A DNA stretch of 38,323 nt, taken from a virus (taxonomy: Duplodnaviria; Caudoviricetes). The notes under the pieces are model-generated. The model was not told where the DNA came from. It made no database searches and saw only the letters and a list, made by a program, of their open reading frames with translations. Positions 34,192 to 38,323 of the stretch are shown here, one piece after another. The stretch's first letter is position 1. Every line of letters starts with the position of its first letter. The translations under genes and the position numbers were made by a program. Location: the IMG/VR virus record IMGVR_UViG_3300042290_000064, positions 1-38,323 of that record; one strand, 5' to 3'.

Positions 34192-34281
34192 GGGCAGACG
34201 CCCGGCTTGGCACACGGTAGCGGGTGCGACTGGATCGGCCTGTGTTACGGATTGTCAACCGGCTGACCGATGGGCGCAGGG

Positions 34282-34303
34282 TGCGCTGCGGGGGGTGTAT
34301 AGT
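34282..34303 (+). promoter_or_regulatory. Phage early-promoter motif, copy 2 (TGCGCTGC-N4-GGTG-TATAGT)
   Basis: Near-consensus -10 TATAGT at 34298-34303, upstream of ATG 34332; aligns with 29923-29944. Confidence 0.6.
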
Positions 34304-34331
34304 TCTCACATCGACAGCCACCCACCCGGCC

Positions 34332-34619
34332 ATGACCACCAAGCTCACCCCCGCCCAAGCCCGCACCTACGCCCAGATCACTGAGGCTCCAACCACGACC
34401 CCAGACAAAGTGCTCTGCGGCGCTTTCTTCCTGGCTGACGACTGGAGCAACACCATGGTCATCAACGGCCAGACCATCACCACCAGCTACAACGGCAACC
34501 GGGTCTACGGGCGCTTCAACTCCTCCACGCTCCGCGTCCTGGAGGCAAAGGGACTGATTCGGGTTCACTTTGACGGCGGAAGCTATCGGCCCGACGAGAT
34601 CGAGGTGCTCGCCGCCTGA
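34332..34619 (+). CDS. Hypothetical early protein (95 aa, possible winged-helix C-terminus)
   Basis: MTTKLTPAQARTYAQI...NSSTLRVLEAKGLIRV; strong codon bias. Confidence 0.75.
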   Translation: MTTKLTPAQARTYAQITEAPTTTPDKVLCGAFFLADDWSNTMVINGQTITTSYNGNRVYGRFNSSTLRVLEAKGLIRVHFDGGSYRPDEIEVLAA

Positions 34620-34634
34620 TGCCCCGCACACCAC

Positions 34635-34667
34635 GGGCCGGCGATCCCGGCCCCGACTTTCTCCTTT
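34635..34667 (+). terminator. GC hairpin GGGCCGG-CGATC-CCGGCCC with a pyrimidine tail (weak intrinsic terminator or processing site)
   Basis: Perfect 7-bp stem at 34635-34653 followed by CGACTTTCTCCTTT. Confidence 0.4.
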
Positions 34668-34699
34668 CCATGCTTGAGTGCCGGCAGGCGCCACCACCC

Positions 34700-34885
34700 A
34701 TGACCTACATTCTCAACCTCGGCCCGTGGCACGTCGGGCCGTTCCCCACCCACATCGCCGCGCAGCATTGGGCCGAGATCCACGGCGTCGATGACTACCG
34801 CATGATCCCAATGGATGATCCTGCCGAGGCGCCAGCGCGGATCTATCGGATGCGCGAATTAGCCTCGGCTGGCAGTCACACCTAG
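34700..34885 (+). CDS. Hypothetical protein (61 aa)
   Basis: MTYILNLGPWHVGPFPTHIAAQHWAE...; converges on dcd. Confidence 0.65.
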   Translation: MTYILNLGPWHVGPFPTHIAAQHWAEIHGVDDYRMIPMDDPAEAPARIYRMRELASAGSHT

Positions 34886-35374
34886 GTCGCCGTTGTACCT
34901 TCCAGTCTCGCGGTAGGTGCGCTCGGGCGTGCCGGCGATGACGTGGAACACCATCTGGCCGATCTTCATGCCAGGCCACAGCGCGATGTTGTGGAAGCGG
35001 CGGCTGTTGTGCAGCTCCAGCGTCAGGCGGCTGCCATGCCAGCCCGGATCGCAGTAGCCGGCCAGCAGGTGCTCCAGCCCTTCACGGGCGCGGCTGGACT
35101 TCAGCACGAACTGCGCCGCGATGTGGTCCGGCAGGTTGAAGATCTCCTGCGTCTCGGCCAGACAAAACTCACCCGGCGCCAGCCAGTAGGGATCGGCTTG
35201 GGTGTGGTGGCCGATGCCAAGGATCTGCAGCTCGGGCCGATCCTCCACCTCGATCATCAACCGATCGCCCAGCAGCACATCGAGGCTGGCGGGGTTTTGC
35301 AGGTCGGCGTTGTATGGCACCACCATCGCCGCCTGGCGGCAGAGGCGGGCGATCTCGTGGTCGGGAATGATCAT
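34859..35374 (-). CDS. dcd: dCTP deaminase
   Basis: NPASLDVLLG, PGEFCLAET.E, KSSRAREG, AGYCDPGWHG.RLTLELHN, PGMKIGQMVF, Y...GRY. Confidence 0.92.
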   Translation of the reverse strand: MIIPDHEIARLCRQAAMVVPYNADLQNPASLDVLLGDRLMIEVEDRPELQILGIGHHTQADPYWLAPGEFCLAETQEIFNLPDHIAAQFVLKSSRAREGLEHLLAGYCDPGWHGSRLTLELHNSRRFHNIALWPGMKIGQMVFHVIAGTPERTYRETGRYNGDLGVTASRG

Positions 35375-35381
35375 TCAGGCG

Positions 35382-36458
35382 CTAATACGGCCACCGAACC
35401 CTAGGACGCCCCTCGCGGATGCCCAGATGCACGAAGCCCTTGGGTGCGCCGTAGCCGACGCTGTACGGCCACTCACGATCCACCCAGTCCTGCACCTTCT
35501 TGATGTCCACGCCGTCCACGTACACATCCACGGCACCCACGCCCGGCGCGTTGTAGAGGTGCTCTGACTGACTGGCGCCACCGACTGCCCGGTTGATGGC
35601 TGCCGGCCGATAGCCCGAGGTGATCGTGATGCGCTTGCCGCCGAATGCCGTGCGCACGCGCTCTAGGAACGCCGCCAGCTCGATCGCGGTGTCCACCTGG
35701 TGCTGCGCCACAAAGCGCCGGGCCGGCTGACCCAGGGCGAACTCGCCCAGCGTGAAGTGGGGCGTCAGCTTGGTGCTGAACGGATCGCCGGGCTTCGGCT
35801 TGGCTGCTGCTGCTGCCGGCTTGCTGCCAGCCCATAGCCGCCCTTCAGCCTCGCGGCGCCGCTTCAGGCCAGCTTCGACGTTGGTGCCGGGGTTGCGGTA
35901 GAGGAGCAGGGCAGCGGGCACTGCAGCCCAGTCCTTCTCGCGCAACTCCCGGCTGATGGTTTCAAAGCCTGGCGTGCCATAGAAGCCGCTGCCGAGGTTG
36001 TAGGCGAAGCTGATCAGCGCGCACTTCTGATGGTCGGCCATCTCGCCCCATGCAGGGATCGAGGCGCGCAGCTTCTCAGCGATGCGGTCCACCTCTTGGC
36101 GGAGCAGCATGTCCGCCTCGATGGCGTTGATCTTGTCGCCCTGCTTGACCTTGCGGCCGTCGCTGTAGCGGGTGGTGCCGTAGCCGATCGTTGCCACGTC
36201 CCAGCCGTGCAGCGGGTCGGCGTAGGCCTCAAGGTGGCAGCCCTCAAACTCCTTGATCAGCCTCAGCGCGCCGGCTAGGTCAGCCTGCTTGCCGTCCTGG
36301 CTCCAGGTCTGAAACCATGCCCGATCGCGGCGCATGGCAGCGGCGTAACCGTTCACCGCCAGGTCCTGCTCCAGCGTCTCGATCGCAGCAGCTTGATGGG
36401 GCAGCCCGCGATAGAACCGGAACAGCTGCTCCAGCGTGATGGGCGCGGCGTTGGCCAT
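35382..36458 (-). CDS. Endolysin: N-terminal domain, GH24 lysozyme and M15 zinc peptidase
   Basis: IKEFEGC.LEAY.D...TIGYGTT, ALISFAYNLG, GLKRRREAE (GH24); ITSGYR...SEHL...AVDV...FVHLG (M15). Confidence 0.9.
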   Translation of the reverse strand: MANAAPITLEQLFRFYRGLPHQAAAIETLEQDLAVNGYAAAMRRDRAWFQTWSQDGKQADLAGALRLIKEFEGCHLEAYADPLHGWDVATIGYGTTRYSDGRKVKQGDKINAIEADMLLRQEVDRIAEKLRASIPAWGEMADHQKCALISFAYNLGSGFYGTPGFETISRELREKDWAAVPAALLLYRNPGTNVEAGLKRRREAEGRLWAGSKPAAAAAKPKPGDPFSTKLTPHFTLGEFALGQPARRFVAQHQVDTAIELAAFLERVRTAFGGKRITITSGYRPAAINRAVGGASQSEHLYNAPGVGAVDVYVDGVDIKKVQDWVDREWPYSVGYGAPKGFVHLGIREGRPRVRWPY

Positions 36459-36461
36459 CAG

Positions 36462-36611
36462 TCAGCGCTTCTTGGGGAACATCATCCGGCCAGCCTGGAG
36501 CAGCAACTGCAGCCAGCTGTTGGAGCGCAGCGGGCTGATGGCGATGATCTCGCTGCCGGCAGCGATGACGATGGCGATGATGGCGGCGGTTTCGACAGAC
36601 ACGGGACCCAT
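36462..36611 (-). CDS. Putative holin (49 aa)
   Basis: Own translation: MGPVSVETAAIIAIVIAAGSEIIAISPLRSNSWLQLLLQAGRMMFPKKR; TM segment, basic tail, directly upstream of the endolysin. Confidence 0.65.
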   Translation of the reverse strand: MGPVSVETAAIIAIVIAAGSEIIAISPLRSNSWLQLLLQAGRMMFPKKR

Positions 36612-36626
36612 GCAAGTGCTCCTAGG

Positions 36627-36860
36627 TTACTTGCGGATCTCAAGCTGGCGCACGCGCTTGTCCAGGTCAGCCAGCTGCGCCTTGGCGTCAGTCTTCAGTT
36701 CATCCACCGACTCGGCCATCTGCTGCAGCGTGGCCTCGATGCGTGCGGACTGGATCTGCATGTTGACGAGCAGGGCACCGATGGCGAACACGCCGGCAGC
36801 GATCGCGGCAGGGAGAGAGGCTACGAAGACGCCGCCGACTGTTTTAGGTTCGTCCGCCAT
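36627..36860 (-). CDS. Membrane protein with coiled coil (lysis accessory; holin/spanin-like)
   Basis: MADEPKTVGGVFVASLPAAIAAGVFAIGALL followed by a heptad-rich segment ending RVRQLEIRK. Confidence 0.6.
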   Translation of the reverse strand: MADEPKTVGGVFVASLPAAIAAGVFAIGALLVNMQIQSARIEATLQQMAESVDELKTDAKAQLADLDKRVRQLEIRK

Positions 36861-37017
36861 CGGCTGATCCGGTCCTGATCCCATCGTAACGATCAAAGGG
36901 ATCGGGCATCCCGGCGAGGATGGCAAGAGCGCGCCTGTAGTAGTGGTTGTCGGTTTTTCCCGCAGCTTCCAGCGTGTCGCGGATGCGTCGCCAGTTTTCG
37001 CGGGTTTGGGCGTCCAC
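36844..37017 (-). CDS. Hypothetical protein (57 aa, cyanophage-type)
   Basis: Own translation from GTG: MDAQTRENWRRIRDTLEAAGKTDNHYYRRALAILAGMPDPF...; TAGTG coupling. Confidence 0.7.
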   Translation of the reverse strand: MDAQTRENWRRIRDTLEAAGKTDNHYYRRALAILAGMPDPFDRYDGIRTGSADGGRT

Positions 37018-37154
37018 TACCGGCCTTGCCCTCTGAGGGGCTTGCGGCCGCGGCGCCTAGGGCGTGACCGCTGGCCGTAGCCCTGCCGCGTGGTCTTGGG
37101 CGGACCGGGCTGATGTTCAATCCGAGCGGTGCCGGTTTTGCTGCGGACTGCCAT
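37017..37154 (-). CDS. Small basic protein (45 aa) ending RGQGR
   Basis: Own translation: MAVRSKTGTARIEHQPGPPKTTRQGYGQRSRPRRRGRKPLRGQGR; coupled on both sides. Confidence 0.7.
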   Translation of the reverse strand: MAVRSKTGTARIEHQPGPPKTTRQGYGQRSRPRRRGRKPLRGQGR

Positions 37155-37411
37155 CAGGGCTCAGGCGCTGGCTCGGGAAGGCCGAACAGCTCGCGCAGCT
37201 CGGCAACGGTCAGGCCAGCAGCTTCCAGCTTCTGCTCGGTGGTGAGCACCGGAGGAGCAGGCGGCTCAGGCGCAGGATCAGGAGCATTCCCCTCATCGAG
37301 CCAGGCCAGATAGCCCTGGTAGTCGACATTGGCGGGGTCGGGTGGGATGAAGGCGTTGTCCGCGAGGCGGAGGATGGTGTCGCCGGTGGTGAGTTGGTAG
37401 GTCATTGTCAT
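37154..37411 (-). CDS. Tail-fibre-associated / chaperone-like protein
   Basis: ILRLADNAFIPPDPANVDYQGYLAWL..GN.P...TEQKLEAAGL; ATG 37411 overlaps the fibre stop. Confidence 0.7.
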   Translation of the reverse strand: MTMTYQLTTGDTILRLADNAFIPPDPANVDYQGYLAWLDEGNAPDPAPEPPAPPVLTTEQKLEAAGLTVAELRELFGLPEPAPEP

Positions 37412-38323
37412 AGCTCGGCGGAGGCGGTGAAGAAGTTGCGCCAAGTCCCTTTGCCAGTGTTGCCGTCTTTAACCCTTCCCGCAAAGAACTCGTTAATACC
37501 AATACTATCAGCGGCCATCGTAGTGCTAAAAGCTATTGTCTCCGCCTCTGTTTGAGCGATTGTTGGAGGAGTCCTCATGGAAACCCTGAAAGGTGCAGTT
37601 AAGCGAGAGTTGCCGCCTGATGTTTCATAGACATCAAGCCCGACTATGCCGATTTGATAATACCTCTGACACAACGCCAGCTCCTGCCCGTAGCTCCTGC
37701 GTTCAAACGGTGTGGCGACGGTGCCAAGTTCTAGTTGGACGCCGGTGATGTAGAAGGTGGCGCCGTTGGTGCCGACGACTGAAACAGCGCCAGTTGGTGC
37801 AGAAAAGTTACCGGCAGACCAAGTATTAGCAGTAGAGCTAAAAGTAGATCCAGAACCTAAGTTGAAACCAACAACAAGCCCGATGCCATTGTCAGAAAGC
37901 CACGTCCCGGTGGTATCACCAGTCACGACGACCGTTTTGTACTCCCAGGTATTGGCTGCTGAAATTGTATAGCTAAACGGATACGACCTATTGTATGCGC
38001 CGTTGACTATTTGGCCTCCGTGAGTGCCGGAAATACTTGATCGGACCCAGAAAGACAGGCTAAAAGTCTTTGCATTAGCAGTTCCAAAGTCGAAGCCCGC
38101 AGCATTAAATCCTTCGATCCGGTGACCAATGACATATTGCTCTCCAGCGGGTACTGAATACGAGGAAAGCGATGTAACGCCCAAGTAGTTGGAGAAGCCA
38201 GCGGGCGGCGTCACGGATCCAGCGTTCCTTTGGATTGAGAACTTGGATGCAGAATTCCCGTAGCCGTACCAACGGTCAAGAACGAAGGTGTTGGTTGCGG
38301 CTCCAATGGTCACTGCCGCCCCA
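37408..38323 (-). CDS. Tail fibre / receptor-binding protein, 3' part (carbohydrate-binding-like module)
   Basis: DRW...RIEG.N...LSFWVRS...WEYKT...ITGVQLELGTVATPFERRSYGQELALCQRYY...MRTPPT...ASAEL; joins 1..790. Confidence 0.85.
   Translation of the reverse strand, partial: GAAVTIGAATNTFVLDRWYGYGNSASKFSIQRNAGSVTPPAGFSNYLGVTSLSSYSVPAGEQYVIGHRIEGFNAAGFDFGTANAKTFSLSFWVRSSISGTHGGQIVNGAYNRSYPFSYTISAANTWEYKTVVVTGDTTGTWLSDNGIGLVVGFNLGSGSTFSSTANTWSAGNFSAPTGAVSVVGTNGATFYITGVQLELGTVATPFERRSYGQELALCQRYYQIGIVGLDVYETSGGNSRLTAPFRVSMRTPPTIAQTEAETIAFSTTMAADSIGINEFFAGRVKDGNTGKGTWRNFFTASAEL
38124..38323. repeat. Terminal overlap, right copy
   Basis: Matches 1-200 with one mismatch at 38196. Confidence 0.95.

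Overview
The window is an apparently complete, circularly assembled genome (~38,123 bp unique; bases 1-200 recur at 38124-38323) of a GC-rich, lambda-like siphovirus. Its gene content (many small cyanophage-type ORFs, dCTP deaminase, GCGATCGC enrichment) suggests a Synechococcus/Cyanobium-type host, which is inference. The minus strand carries one long late/structural unit: gpZ-like gene, cos region, terS, DNA methyltransferase, GpA-type terL, gpW-like protein, lambda-type portal, an 880-aa cargo-protease-capsid polyprotein, head-tail proteins, tail tube, G/GT chaperones with a -1 frameshift, tape measure and M-L-K-I-J. It continues across the window ends through a tail fibre, lysis genes and dcd. 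The replication module has a P4-alpha-like primase-helicase with an adjacent iteron origin, an SF2 helicase, a VRR-NUC and a RecE/RecT-like pair, followed by ~20 small early genes. I saw no integrase, CI-like repressor, DNA polymerase, reverse transcriptase, tRNA or CRISPR array. Most unusual: (1) a Hint (intein-like) domain at the N-terminus of tail-tip protein J that lacks the +1 nucleophile and follows a 13-aa poly-Gly leader, next to a JAB protease (K) and a ubiquitin-fold protein (I); (2) three uncharacterised domains fused upstream of the prohead protease-capsid; (3) a low-GC, oppositely oriented PD-(D/E)xK nuclease in the replication module; (4) a lambda-identical cosQ heptamer and a palindromic motif shared by the putative cos and ori. 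All family calls come from recognising motifs by eye; no searches were run.
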